A stretch of 64,000 nt of DNA from Patescibacteria group bacterium (GTDB taxonomy: Bacteria; Patescibacteriota; Minisyncoccia; Phycocordibacterales; Phycocordibacteraceae). The translations under genes were made by a program, and so were the position numbers. The stretch is taken from the NCBI GenBank assembly GCA_019744845.1, contig JAIETW010000001.1:80299-144298 (forward strand), read 5' to 3'. Positions 40,660 through 49,714 of this stretch are shown piece by piece; position 1 is the stretch's first letter; each line of letters opens with the position of its first letter. Under the pieces are notes generated by a model, which saw nothing but the letters and a program-made list of their open reading frames with translations, was not told where the DNA came from and searched no databases.

Positions 40660-42080
40660 GTGAGGTGAATGATCGGCTTGATAGGCATCTCCACTTCTCC
40701 ACGAGCAGTCTTCACTGTCTTGGTGAGGAGTCCATTACTTTGGAGCCACTGTTCAATGTCTTTGGCTCCTGCCTCATCAAGTGAAATGTCATAGAGACCA
40801 GAGTACGAAAGATAGGAATCAATAATATTCACACGTTCCGTCACAAAATACTCAAGAAGAGCTAGTGCTGAAAACTCCGCATGGGGTGCACCTCCGTACG
40901 GGAATCGCTCACGATATCGTGTAGATGCTGCTGGGTGAGGAGCAAGTTCAGACACTTCTGCAGTCCACCATATAAGCGTGCCACGATCTTTCACATATGG
41001 TTCTAGAATTTCTTTTGGAATAGGGACGGTCGGCATCACCACCTCTGCCTGCGATGAATTGAAGTGTGCCATGACCGCAGACGGCAATGCACTCATGTCC
41101 ACGCCATCCGTACACAACGTCTGTACATGCTCTGGAGAAATAGTTCTAATGCTCTCAAGTTTATCATCGTATTTACCGACAACGAGTATCCGTGCATCTG
41201 GTGCATGCACTTGAAGAAACGCCACCGTATTGAGCGCACTTGAACCATCCCCAAATATCAAGACGGTCTGGGGTTTCTCTCCGCTGTGTAGCATCGTACC
41301 AAATGCATCAAAAACACATCCCAGGGGCTCAACGAGTGTGAGCAATTTTCCTCGGGTACGAATATCGGTTTCCACAAATGCACTGAGATTCTTGGGGACC
41401 GGCGTGAGACCAGAGAGAGGGACACGAATCGTACCTGCCACTGCGGTGCCAATAAACTCAGTATGTCCCACCGTCCCTTTTGCAAGATGTCCGCCATCCT
41501 GAGTACGATCACACTGATGTGGCCATCCCGTATCGGGATTGAGCGTATCTGCACGTGAGTGGTCACTGCATACATACGCAGGATTACGAACCGCAAGTCG
41601 TCCTGGTTCTAAATTCTCTTGAAGAGTTACGTTGATTATTTGTTTGGCAAAACCAAGCACTCCGTCAGTAAGCGCTGGGACAAACTGAAGAAGCGGAATA
41701 CGAGGCGCAGTGGGATCAAACTGTACTGCCTGTATGCGGCAGAATCCCTCATGGAACATAGAACGAAGCATTACCCTCTGTGCGTCTAGAATGTGCTCTT
41801 CAGGAATTCCTGCCTCGCGATTGCGGGCAAAGTAATACTCTTGCTTGGATAAGTTTAAAAGGTCTGTTTCAAAGCGAGAAGGAGTCTCTGGAGCTCGTCG
41901 TCCGTAGTAATAAAACTCACTCGCACAGGCTCCTGCTTGGATCTGAGTCACCTCAGCATATCCCTGGGGAATCTGTTCGTCGTACACAAGGGCACCTTCT
42001 GTACACGTGACATGCGGAATGCCGCTCTCATCTGCATCCGCATGTAAATATCTCACTGCTTCTCGTTTGGCTTGAGACAT
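40656..42080 (-). CDS. Divergent zinc-dependent medium-chain dehydrogenase/reductase
   Basis: AGACASE, FHEG, LVEPLGC, VLIFGDG correspond to MDR Zn ligands and Rossmann motif; start set at MSQAK because the longer start overlaps the tRNA. Confidence 0.65.
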   Translation of the reverse strand: MSQAKREAVRYLHADADESGIPHVTCTEGALVYDEQIPQGYAEVTQIQAGACASEFYYYGRRAPETPSRFETDLLNLSKQEYYFARNREAGIPEEHILDAQRVMLRSMFHEGFCRIQAVQFDPTAPRIPLLQFVPALTDGVLGFAKQIINVTLQENLEPGRLAVRNPAYVCSDHSRADTLNPDTGWPHQCDRTQDGGHLAKGTVGHTEFIGTAVAGTIRVPLSGLTPVPKNLSAFVETDIRTRGKLLTLVEPLGCVFDAFGTMLHSGEKPQTVLIFGDGSSALNTVAFLQVHAPDARILVVGKYDDKLESIRTISPEHVQTLCTDGVDMSALPSAVMAHFNSSQAEVVMPTVPIPKEILEPYVKDRGTLIWWTAEVSELAPHPAASTRYRERFPYGGAPHAEFSALALLEYFVTERVNIIDSYLSYSGLYDISLDEAGAKDIEQWLQSNGLLTKTVKTARGEVEMPIKPIIHLT

Positions 42081-42096
42081 GCGTGGGGGTGAAGAT

Positions 42097-42172
42097 TGGT
42101 GGACCATACCGGACTCGAACCGGTCACCTCATCCATGCCATGGATGCGCTCTACCAGATGAGCTAATGGCCC
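42097..42172 (-). tRNA. tRNA-Ala(GGC), CCA encoded
   Basis: GGGCCATTAGCTCATCTGGTAGAGCG-CATCC-ATGGCAT-GGATG-AGGTGACCGGTTCGAGTCCGGTATGGTCCACCA; G3:U70. Confidence 0.97.
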
Positions 42173-42185
42173 TTAGAGAGTCACT

Positions 42186-42668
42186 CTACTGTTTTTTCTT
42201 GAGCGCCTCAAGGTCCTCAAGAACTCGCTTCACATCCATGGTGAGCTGTTCAAGCGTTGCGACATTCGCAGTGGTCTGCGCCTCTGCCTTTTCCTCTTCC
42301 GTCATTTCCTCCACATCCTCTTGAATCTCATCAATGTCTTCATTGATCTCCTCAATATCTTCCTGAATCTCATCCACATCCTCTCCGAGCTCTTCCACGT
42401 CTTCTTGAATTTCATCAATGTCCTCCTCCACCTCACGGAGAGACTCAGTGTTTCGGTTCACCGTCATCTGGATAAGGATGGCGAGGTATATGGCCTCAAG
42501 GGAGACCACGGTCGTAACCACGAGAAGCACTATCTCCCATGAAGCAATGCCGAAGACACCAAGAGAGAATGCGATAGCAAACGCAATGGTGTGTGCGATC
42601 AGAGAAGCCACTGAACCAATAGCTCGGGTAAGACGTTCAACAGGAGTTGGTGCGTGTGGGAGTTTCAT
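42186..42668 (-). CDS. DUF1003-like membrane protein with acidic heptad coiled coil
   Basis: TTVVSLEAIYLAILIQM..NR followed by EDIDEIQ-type repeats. Confidence 0.8.
   Translation of the reverse strand: MKLPHAPTPVERLTRAIGSVASLIAHTIAFAIAFSLGVFGIASWEIVLLVVTTVVSLEAIYLAILIQMTVNRNTESLREVEEDIDEIQEDVEELGEDVDEIQEDIEEINEDIDEIQEDVEEMTEEEKAEAQTTANVATLEQLTMDVKRVLEDLEALKKKQ
42300..42435 (-). repeat. Degenerate 21-nt (7-aa) tandem repeat inside CDS
   Basis: EDIDEIQ EDVEELG EDVDEIQ EDIEEIN EDIDEIQ EDVEEMT. Confidence 0.85.
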
Positions 42669-42735
42669 ACCGCAGTAAGAAGTTGACCTTAGTATACTTC
42701 CTTAAATGATTCAACCTGCTATTCTCCACGACTAT

Positions 42736-42806
42736 CGGGCCGTAGTATACCGGTAGTACGTACGCTTCGGGTGCGTGAAGACCGGGTTCGATTCCCGGCG
42801 GCCCGA
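42736..42806 (+). tRNA. tRNA-Pro(CGG), no encoded CCA
   Basis: CGGGCCG/CGGCCCG acceptor, TACGC-TTCGGGT-GCGTG anticodon arm, CCGGG-TTCGATT-CCCGG T-arm. Confidence 0.95.
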
Positions 42807-42811
42807 CACTT

Positions 42812-43390
42812 TTATCCAAACAAGAGCGCTTCAAGCGCTTTTCTTTTTTCGGGGTCGTACTTTGCCTCAAGTAAATCTACGGAAATCTCTTTTCCTTGGA
42901 AATCAGGGTGTCGCATGAGTTCAATGACTTCATCAAGGGTAACTTCACGCATCGTGATGCGCTCCCCCGCATCCAAGTGCGGCTCAGTTACCTTCTCTAC
43001 CCCACGACCGATGAATACGTAATAGGCCCAATCAAGCTTAGACACTGGTTGGTACCCCTTCCATAGCACAAGCTCTTTCGCTTCGTATCCTGTTTCCTCA
43101 AGAAGTTCACGGCGTGCAGCAGTCTCTGGATCTTCACCTTCATCTACACGGCCTCCAGGGATGGTGAGGACCGCATCTCGTCCTGGCTGCTCGTCGGTGA
43201 TAAGGAGAATCTTCTTCTCAGCAGTCGTGGCAACGATTGAAACTGTGTCTGGGCGTCGTAGCTTCTCAAAGGTAGCGGTCGTACCGTCAAAAAGTTCCTG
43301 TTCCCACTGATACACATCAAACATGACGCCCGTGAAGACCTTCTTCGCATTATCTGGAATCTTCTGGTGTCCTCCGGGGCGCTGAATCAT
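42812..43390 (-). CDS. NUDIX hydrolase (ADP-ribose pyrophosphatase-like)
   Basis: GGRVDEGEDPETAARRELLEETGY Nudix box. Confidence 0.93.
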   Translation of the reverse strand: MIQRPGGHQKIPDNAKKVFTGVMFDVYQWEQELFDGTTATFEKLRRPDTVSIVATTAEKKILLITDEQPGRDAVLTIPGGRVDEGEDPETAARRELLEETGYEAKELVLWKGYQPVSKLDWAYYVFIGRGVEKVTEPHLDAGERITMREVTLDEVIELMRHPDFQGKEISVDLLEAKYDPEKRKALEALLFG

Positions 43391-43439
43391 TCCCTACAGC
43401 GTAGCATTTAGAGAGTGCCTTTGGTATGTTTCTTCTCAT

Positions 43440-43513
43440 GGGCGATTAGCTCAGCTGGTTAGAGCGTTCGCCTCACACGCGAAAGGTCACAGGTTCGAAT
43501 CCTGTATCGCCCA
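43440..43513 (+). tRNA. tRNA-Val(CAC), no encoded CCA
   Basis: GGGCGAT/ATCGCCC acceptor, TTCGC-CTCACAC-GCGAA anticodon arm, ACAGG-TTCGAAT-CCTGT T-arm. Confidence 0.96.
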
Positions 43514-43594
43514 CTATCGCGCAGTCAGCGCCCTTGACGTATTTTCAAGATAGGGGATGCTGTACGGATACAGCTAATAACTAAGACGAATCAC

Positions 43595-43843
43595 ATGCCA
43601 AACGCAGCACTTTCTAAGCCAATGACCCTCTCTGCCGAACTACAGGCAGTTGTCGGTGCAGGTCCTATGCCTCGTTCTGAAGTTACTAAGAAGATCTGGG
43701 AGTACATCAAGAAGAATGACCTCCAGAATCCTAAGAACAAGCGCAACATCCTTGCGGATGACAAGCTTAAGGCTCTTTTCGGAGGTAAGGCAGAAGTCAC
43801 CATGTTTGAGATGACGAAGCTCGTCTCTCCACACATGTCCTAA
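43595..43843 (+). CDS. Stand-alone SWIB/MDM2 domain protein
   Basis: LSAELQAVVG..PMPRSEVTKKIWEYIKKNDLQNPKNKRNI.AD.KL..LF. Confidence 0.93.
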   Translation: MPNAALSKPMTLSAELQAVVGAGPMPRSEVTKKIWEYIKKNDLQNPKNKRNILADDKLKALFGGKAEVTMFEMTKLVSPHMS

Positions 43844-43865
43844 GCCTAGCGCTTACGGAAGGAAC

Positions 43866-43891
43866 GAATCCGCCTCAAGGGCGGATTTTTC
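43866..43891 (+). terminator. Intrinsic terminator after the SWIB gene
   Basis: AATCCGCC-TCAAG-GGCGGATT-TTT. Confidence 0.8.
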
Positions 43892-43907
43892 TTACCTCCC
43901 ATGCGAG

Positions 43908-44105
43908 CTACTTTTTCTTTCCGTTTCCAAGCACGTACTTAAACACAATGGCTCCGTCTATAAGGAGACCCACAAGACCAATGAACGCGAGGAGTGCGAT
44001 GGTCCAATCCGGTACGGGAACTTCGGTGAGATATGCCCACAGTGCAAACGCGAGAATGTACGTGAAGGAAAGGATTCCTAGTACATCAAAGTGTTCGGGT
44101 CGCAT
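43908..44105 (-). CDS. Small 2-TM membrane protein
   Basis: MRPEHFD...; TATACT 6 nt upstream; the longer ORF start overlaps the tRNA and was rejected. Confidence 0.65.
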   Translation of the reverse strand: MRPEHFDVLGILSFTYILAFALWAYLTEVPVPDWTIALLAFIGLVGLLIDGAIVFKYVLGNGKKK

Positions 44106-44120
44106 AAGGAAAGTATACGC

Positions 44121-44145
44121 GAAAAGCGCCTTTGTGGCGCTTTTC
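44121..44145 (-). terminator. Terminator downstream of tRNA-Ala(TGC)
   Basis: GAAAAGCGCC-N5-GGCGCTTTTC perfect inverted repeat. Confidence 0.75.
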
Positions 44146-44153
44146 TTAACAAG

Positions 44154-44226
44154 TGGACCGTACAGGATTCGAACCTGCGACCCCCTCATTGCAAATGAGG
44201 TGCTCTACCAACTGAGCTAACGGCCC
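44154..44226 (-). tRNA. tRNA-Ala(TGC), no encoded CCA
   Basis: GGGCCGTTAGCTCAGTTGGTAGAGCA-CCTCA-TTTGCAA-TGAGG-GGGTCGCAGGTTCGAATCCTGTACGGTCCA. Confidence 0.97.
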
Positions 44227-44252
44227 GTGAGGGGGACTATACCACACCCCTT

Positions 44253-44585
44253 TTATTTTTCTAATAGGTCTATCTTGGCAGCGAGGATAAAGTCATTCTC
44301 AGAAAGACCTTTTACGGCATGGGTCGTGAGGTGCACCCCTACCTTACCCCAGGAGACGGTGAGATCAGGATGGTGACCCTCTTCTTCTGCTATATCTCCT
44401 ATACGATTCGCAAAGGCCATGGCCTCCTTGAAGTTCTTAAAGGTAAAGTTGCGTGTAATGGACTTCGCGTCCTCTGAGAGAGTCCAGGATGGGGTGTGGG
44501 TTAAAAAGGCTTCTGCATCTCGCTTCGTAAGCGAAGGAATTCCTCCTTCGCAGGCAACGCATTTCTTTTGTGCAAGGTCCGTCAT
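44253..44585 (-). CDS. phhB: Pterin-4-alpha-carbinolamine dehydratase
   Basis: AEEEGHHPD, THAVKGLSENDFILAAKID. Confidence 0.92.
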   Translation of the reverse strand: MTDLAQKKCVACEGGIPSLTKRDAEAFLTHTPSWTLSEDAKSITRNFTFKNFKEAMAFANRIGDIAEEEGHHPDLTVSWGKVGVHLTTHAVKGLSENDFILAAKIDLLEK

Positions 44586-45553
44586 ATTTTCTTCTTAATC
44601 GCGAGATGCACGAGGTGAGTAAGAAAGTCTTCAAACTTTACCCCAACCGCCGCAAGTGCTTTTGGCATAAGTGATTGCTCGGTCATACCTGGAAGCGTGT
44701 TGGTTTCCAAGTAGTAGATACCACGAGGAGAAACAATAAAGTCTGAGCGAGAGTAGTGACGAAGTCCAAGAGCTTTGTGTATCTCTTTCGCAGCACGCAT
44801 GAGCTCTTTGGTCACCTCTTTTGGGAATGGTCCTGGGCAAATCTCACGCGTCTCTCCTCCGTACTTTGCGGCATAGGAGAAGAATTGCTCTGAGGGTGGT
44901 GGAATAATCTCAATGGGAGGAAGCACATAGTGCTCCTCATCTCGTAGTCCTTCTACCACCCCAACCGTCGCCTCACGTCCCTGAATACGCTCTTCAATGA
45001 GCACTCCTGCACCTGCATTGAGAATGGCAGTCGCTGCTTCCACAAGCGGATCGTACCCATGGGTGAGCGCCATACCCACTGAAGAACCAGCTGCAACTGG
45101 CTTCACAATCACAGGCTGCAAGAAGGTCTGCACCACCTCATGTGCAATACGTTCCAAATCTTCTGCCTTCTCTACCAAATGATAGCGCGGAGTAAGAAGC
45201 TCAATATCTAGCGCATGCTGCTTTGCCAGCACTTTATGCATTGCAAGGTATGAGGAAAGGGAATTGGAGCCGGTATATGGGACACCAAAGCGTTCTAGAA
45301 GCTTCTGTACTTCCCCATCCTCTCCATATTCACCATGGAGACCAATGACGATAGCATCTACATTCCGGAGCACCCGCTCAGGAGACACAGGAATACCGCG
45401 CTCATGCCAGACACCCTGTCTGTCTATGAAAATATCGCGCGCGGTAAAGCGATCAGCGGGAAGATTCTTAAGGATAGCGGCACCCGTCTTAAGTGAGACG
45501 TCGTGTTCTGAGGAAGGTCCTCCACGCAATACGCCAACGACGGTGCCATGCAT
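44582..45553 (-). CDS. ddl: D-alanine--D-alanine ligase
   Basis: GGPSSEHDVSL, LHGEYGEDG, GSSVG, YAAKY, LETNTLPG; start set at MHGT. Confidence 0.95.
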   Translation of the reverse strand: MHGTVVGVLRGGPSSEHDVSLKTGAAILKNLPADRFTARDIFIDRQGVWHERGIPVSPERVLRNVDAIVIGLHGEYGEDGEVQKLLERFGVPYTGSNSLSSYLAMHKVLAKQHALDIELLTPRYHLVEKAEDLERIAHEVVQTFLQPVIVKPVAAGSSVGMALTHGYDPLVEAATAILNAGAGVLIEERIQGREATVGVVEGLRDEEHYVLPPIEIIPPPSEQFFSYAAKYGGETREICPGPFPKEVTKELMRAAKEIHKALGLRHYSRSDFIVSPRGIYYLETNTLPGMTEQSLMPKALAAVGVKFEDFLTHLVHLAIKKKI

Positions 45554-45568
45554 ACACAAGAGTATACC

Positions 45569-46825
45569 TTATGACTTTGGCCTCAGGTTTCTCCTCCGAG
45601 CCAATCTATGCCTTCCGAGAGCGAATCTATGTGCCTCCGAGTTTGCAAGTACTGCGTCCGCGTCTGATATGCCTGCCCGAAGGGAGCCCATAACCTCTCG
45701 TGGACGATGCTTCTCATCTTTTACAACCGCAACCACTGGAATACCCACTCCTGCTTCCTTAAGCACTTCCTCCGCAGCTTTCTTATGCGTCTTTCCTCCG
45801 TCTATAACGATTACTTTGGGCATCTGCCACTCAGGATGTCCCAACCGACGATTCAATATCTCTTTTAGAGAAGCAATATCATCATTGAGAGACTTCCCTC
45901 CATATCCACGAATTCTGAAGGTGCGGTAGTCACGCTTCACGGACAAACCGTTCTCTACCACCGTCATGACGCCTATCGCATCGGTACCTGAGATATGTGC
46001 CGTGTCATATGCCTCTATGCGTGGGCCTTCTACCTCTTTGTCCCGATCCTCACGAATCAATGACACGTCTTGTACATGATCTAAAGAGAAGAGCTGTCTC
46101 CGGATAGTGGCCGCATCTTCAAACCGTTCTTCCTTTGCGGCAAGACGCATTTCCTTCTCTAGCGTTGCTTTCAAGGTTTTTACTCGTCCTGAAAGGAAAA
46201 GAGAGACGTTACGAATAGAGCGAAGGTACTCCTTTCGGTCCATGCCACTAGGGTAGTGCCCAATTTGGCGATTAAACTCTACCTTTGCCTTTATGTGCTT
46301 ATTTCCCTCACCTACCGGTCGCTCCGTGTCATAGAACGGGAAAATACGGCGTATAAGGCGCAATGCCTCACGTAGCTGGTATCCAGAGGTGAATGGACCA
46401 TGGGTAGCTTTGAGCTTCACGCTCCCACTTTCCATGTGATCAAAATCTATGTCCTTGCCTCGTATCGCAAGAACGCGAGGAATCTCTTCATCAGTTATCA
46501 CTGCATACAAAAAGCTCTTATCATCTTTCCCCATCGCGTTCCCTGAAGGATGGTATTCACGAATGAGCGCTGCTTCTCGCACCAACGCCTCAAGTACTGT
46601 GGGTGTCGTCTCGTATGACACGTGATCCGCCTTCGTCACCACATCCACCACCCGTGGGCCGCGAGTCGCAATCAAGTCATCATCAAAGTATGAGCGTACC
46701 CGATCGCGCAAGGAACTTGCCTTGCCGACATACAACACTTTCTTTGCACGACCTTTGCCAACAGTAAAAAGATACACGCCAGGAAGTTCAGGAAGATCTA
46801 GTTCTTTAAGGAGTGCGCGTTCCAT
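45569..46825 (-). CDS. uvrC: Excinuclease ABC subunit C, minimal form
   Basis: PGVY...YVGKA..LRDRVRSYF, ERFEDAA.IR, RIEAYD.AH, IDGG, EAHRFA; no HhH tail. Confidence 0.88.
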   Translation of the reverse strand: MERALLKELDLPELPGVYLFTVGKGRAKKVLYVGKASSLRDRVRSYFDDDLIATRGPRVVDVVTKADHVSYETTPTVLEALVREAALIREYHPSGNAMGKDDKSFLYAVITDEEIPRVLAIRGKDIDFDHMESGSVKLKATHGPFTSGYQLREALRLIRRIFPFYDTERPVGEGNKHIKAKVEFNRQIGHYPSGMDRKEYLRSIRNVSLFLSGRVKTLKATLEKEMRLAAKEERFEDAATIRRQLFSLDHVQDVSLIREDRDKEVEGPRIEAYDTAHISGTDAIGVMTVVENGLSVKRDYRTFRIRGYGGKSLNDDIASLKEILNRRLGHPEWQMPKVIVIDGGKTHKKAAEEVLKEAGVGIPVVAVVKDEKHRPREVMGSLRAGISDADAVLANSEAHRFALGRHRLARRRNLRPKS

Positions 46826-49455
46826 TACTTCTTCTTACGCTTTCGTAGCGCTTTTGCAAGATACATTCCGGTATGCGACTTCTCTACCTCGGCAACTTCT
46901 TCTGGTGTTCCTTTAGCCACTACTTTTCCGCCACCCGCACCTCCTTCAGGACCAAAGTCTATGACGTAGTCAGAGCTCATAATGAGATCTAGGTTGTGTT
47001 CAATCACGACGACCGTGTTTCCACGACGCACGAGCTCCTGAAGAATCTCAATCAACTTACGCACATCTTCGTAGTGAAGTCCTACCGTTGGCTCATCAAG
47101 AAGATACAGTGTCTTCATGGTAATAGGACGATAGAGCTCAGATGCAATCTTCACTCGCTGTGCCTCTCCTCCTGAAAGAGTTGTGGCACTCTGCCCAAGC
47201 GTCAAATACTCAAGGCCAGTGGAGTTCAAGGTAGTCAACCGATCATTGATAGATGGTATGTCTTTGAAGAACTTCTCTGCATCCTCTACAGTCATCTCAA
47301 GTACTTCAAAGATGTTCTTGCCACGGTACGTCACTTCAAGCGTCTCTTTCATAAAGCGCTTACCGTTACAGACGTCGCAGGTAACATACACCGTCGGAAG
47401 GAAGTGCATCTCAACCGCAATCATGCCGTTACCCTGACAGGCTTCACAGCGTCCTCCTGCGACGTTGAACGAGAAGCGTCCTGGCTTCCAGCCACGCGCA
47501 CGTGCTTCTGGCGTTGCTGCAAAGAGGTCACGAATATGTGTCCATGCACCGGTGTAGGTTGCGGGGTTTGATCGCGGCGTGCGACCAATTGGTGACTGAT
47601 CAATCAATACCGTACGACCGACGTACTCAGTGCCGGTGATAGAGGCGATATGAGAGGGCTTTGCCTGACGACGGGCAAGATTGTTTGCAACGTTCTTATG
47701 CAAAATGTCGTACAGGAAGGTGGACTTTCCAGATCCTGAGACACCCGTGATTGCGACCAATTTTCCAAGTGGCACATCCACATTCTGATTCTTAAGGTTA
47801 TGCAGTGTTGCACCACGAACTTTTATCGCACCCTTCTCACTAGTGCGGCGCTCTTCTGGTACTTCAATCTCCTTCTCCCCGCGAAGATACGAGAGAGTAA
47901 CGGAACCAGAATCATTCTTTGGCGCCGTCAAAAGCTCATCAAGCCATCCTGACACCACCACCCTACCACCGTGCGTTCCCGCGCCAGGACCAATATCTAC
48001 GATGTAATCAGAGGCGTAGATCGTATCTTCATCGTGTTCAACCACGAGAATAGTGTTCCCGAGCTTCTTAAGCGAGAGGAGTGTTTGTATAAGACGATCA
48101 TTGTCGCGCTGGTGGAGACCAATCGTTGGCTCATCAAGCACGTAAAGCGCGCCCACAAGTCCCGTACCGAGCTGTGAGGCAAGGCGAATACGCTGTGCCT
48201 CTCCTCCAGAGAGCGTTGCTGCAGAGCGATTCAAGGTGAGGTAATCAAGGCCGACGTTCAGCATGAACTCAAGTCGGCTCGTGATCTCCCGTACGATTGG
48301 CTTTGCAATCTCTGCACGCATCTCAGAAAGCTTGAGCGCATCCATGAACTCTTTTGCATCCTTAATAGACATGGAAGTGAAGTCCACGACATTGATACCA
48401 AGTCCCTTCTCATTCTTTCGGGTCAAATATACGCGAAGGGCTTCAGGACGAAGACGCTTTCCTTCACAGACGGGACAGACGGCATCTGAGAACAATGACT
48501 CAGTACCAAGACCATTACACTCAGGACAGGCACCATACGGACTGTTAAACGAGAAAAGACGAGGCTCCACTTCTGGGAATGACGCACCATCTTCTGGACA
48601 GATGAATCTTGCAGAGAGTGTTTCTACGCTTCCATCTGCGTGTCCGATCTTTACGAGTCCATCTGCTTCCTTAAGCGCAAGTTCAAGTGCTTCAGAAAGG
48701 CGTTCACGAGCCGCATCAGGACTCTTCACAAACTCAGAGACAAAGATGCTATCTACGATGGCATCAATATCGTGTCGCTTATTACGATCTAGAATTGCTT
48801 TCTCACGAAGTGACTGAGTTTTCCCATCAATCACCACACGCTCATATCCTTTTCCAAGAAGATCGTAGAGCATTTGGTAATACTCACCCTTACGACCAAC
48901 CACCACAGGGGCATAGATAACCACCTGACTGCGGTCAAGCGTGACACCCATTACTTCTTCACCCTTCCCGCCAGTCTTTGCGGCAACGCGAGACATGATA
49001 AGACCGATCATTTCCTCCTTAGAAAGCTTCTCAATTGGCACGTCGTGATGAATACAGTACGGCTGTCCTGCGCGTGCATAGAGCACACGAAGATAGTCGT
49101 AAATCTCTGTGACGGTCGCGACCGTAGAGCGTGGGTTATTTGAACGACTCTTTTGATCAATAGAAATAGCAGGAGACAGACCTGTGATTTCATCCACGTC
49201 TGGCTTCTGCATCTGATTCAAGAACTGACGTGCGTAGGCAGAGAGAGACTCCACGTAGCGACGCTGTCCTTCTGCGAAAATAGTGTCAAAGGCAAGAGAG
49301 GACTTTCCAGATCCTGAAAGACCGGTAAGTACGGTCATAGTGCCTCTCGGCATCTTTACCGAGACATTCTTAAGATTATGGGTACGAGCACCTTTAACGT
49401 GAATCCAGTCTTCACCAGTAAACTGCTCGTGTTCCTGCTTCTTCTTTGGTGCCAT
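46825..49455 (-). CDS. uvrA: Excinuclease ABC subunit A
   Basis: [14 protein letters not shown], two LSGGEAQR signatures, GVSGSGKST. Confidence 0.98.
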   Translation of the reverse strand: MAPKKKQEHEQFTGEDWIHVKGARTHNLKNVSVKMPRGTMTVLTGLSGSGKSSLAFDTIFAEGQRRYVESLSAYARQFLNQMQKPDVDEITGLSPAISIDQKSRSNNPRSTVATVTEIYDYLRVLYARAGQPYCIHHDVPIEKLSKEEMIGLIMSRVAAKTGGKGEEVMGVTLDRSQVVIYAPVVVGRKGEYYQMLYDLLGKGYERVVIDGKTQSLREKAILDRNKRHDIDAIVDSIFVSEFVKSPDAARERLSEALELALKEADGLVKIGHADGSVETLSARFICPEDGASFPEVEPRLFSFNSPYGACPECNGLGTESLFSDAVCPVCEGKRLRPEALRVYLTRKNEKGLGINVVDFTSMSIKDAKEFMDALKLSEMRAEIAKPIVREITSRLEFMLNVGLDYLTLNRSAATLSGGEAQRIRLASQLGTGLVGALYVLDEPTIGLHQRDNDRLIQTLLSLKKLGNTILVVEHDEDTIYASDYIVDIGPGAGTHGGRVVVSGWLDELLTAPKNDSGSVTLSYLRGEKEIEVPEERRTSEKGAIKVRGATLHNLKNQNVDVPLGKLVAITGVSGSGKSTFLYDILHKNVANNLARRQAKPSHIASITGTEYVGRTVLIDQSPIGRTPRSNPATYTGAWTHIRDLFAATPEARARGWKPGRFSFNVAGGRCEACQGNGMIAVEMHFLPTVYVTCDVCNGKRFMKETLEVTYRGKNIFEVLEMTVEDAEKFFKDIPSINDRLTTLNSTGLEYLTLGQSATTLSGGEAQRVKIASELYRPITMKTLYLLDEPTVGLHYEDVRKLIEILQELVRRGNTVVVIEHNLDLIMSSDYVIDFGPEGGAGGGKVVAKGTPEEVAEVEKSHTGMYLAKALRKRKKK

Positions 49456-49467
49456 GGTATGGAAAGC

Positions 49468-49506
49468 CCTGTCCGTGGTGGGACAGGTACGGATAGGATT
49501 ATACCA
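49468..49506 (-). promoter_or_regulatory. uvrA extended -10 promoter and downstream inverted repeat
   Basis: Minus strand TGGTATAAT followed by CCTGTCC-N6-GGACAGG in the leader. Confidence 0.55.
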
Positions 49507-49513
49507 TTTCCCC

Positions 49514-49714
49514 TTATTTGATACCTACTGCGTTCTTCTCCCAAGGAGGAACGTCAGGATCATAGTAATCCCACCCAATGCCAAAGAAGCCAGTGGGGAT
49601 GAAGAGACGAAATTGTGGACCCTTTAGATCAAGCTCTACACCAAGTGCGAGATAGTGTAATCCGTGGAATTTAAAGAACGCAACAAACTTTCGGTTTTGA
49701 ATATTATTGCTCAT
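49514..49714 (-). CDS. Small hypothetical protein
   Basis: 66-aa ORF MSNNIQNRKF... overlapping the aclA stop and filling the gap to the uvrA promoter. Confidence 0.5.
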   Translation of the reverse strand: MSNNIQNRKFVAFFKFHGLHYLALGVELDLKGPQFRLFIPTGFFGIGWDYYDPDVPPWEKNAVGIK

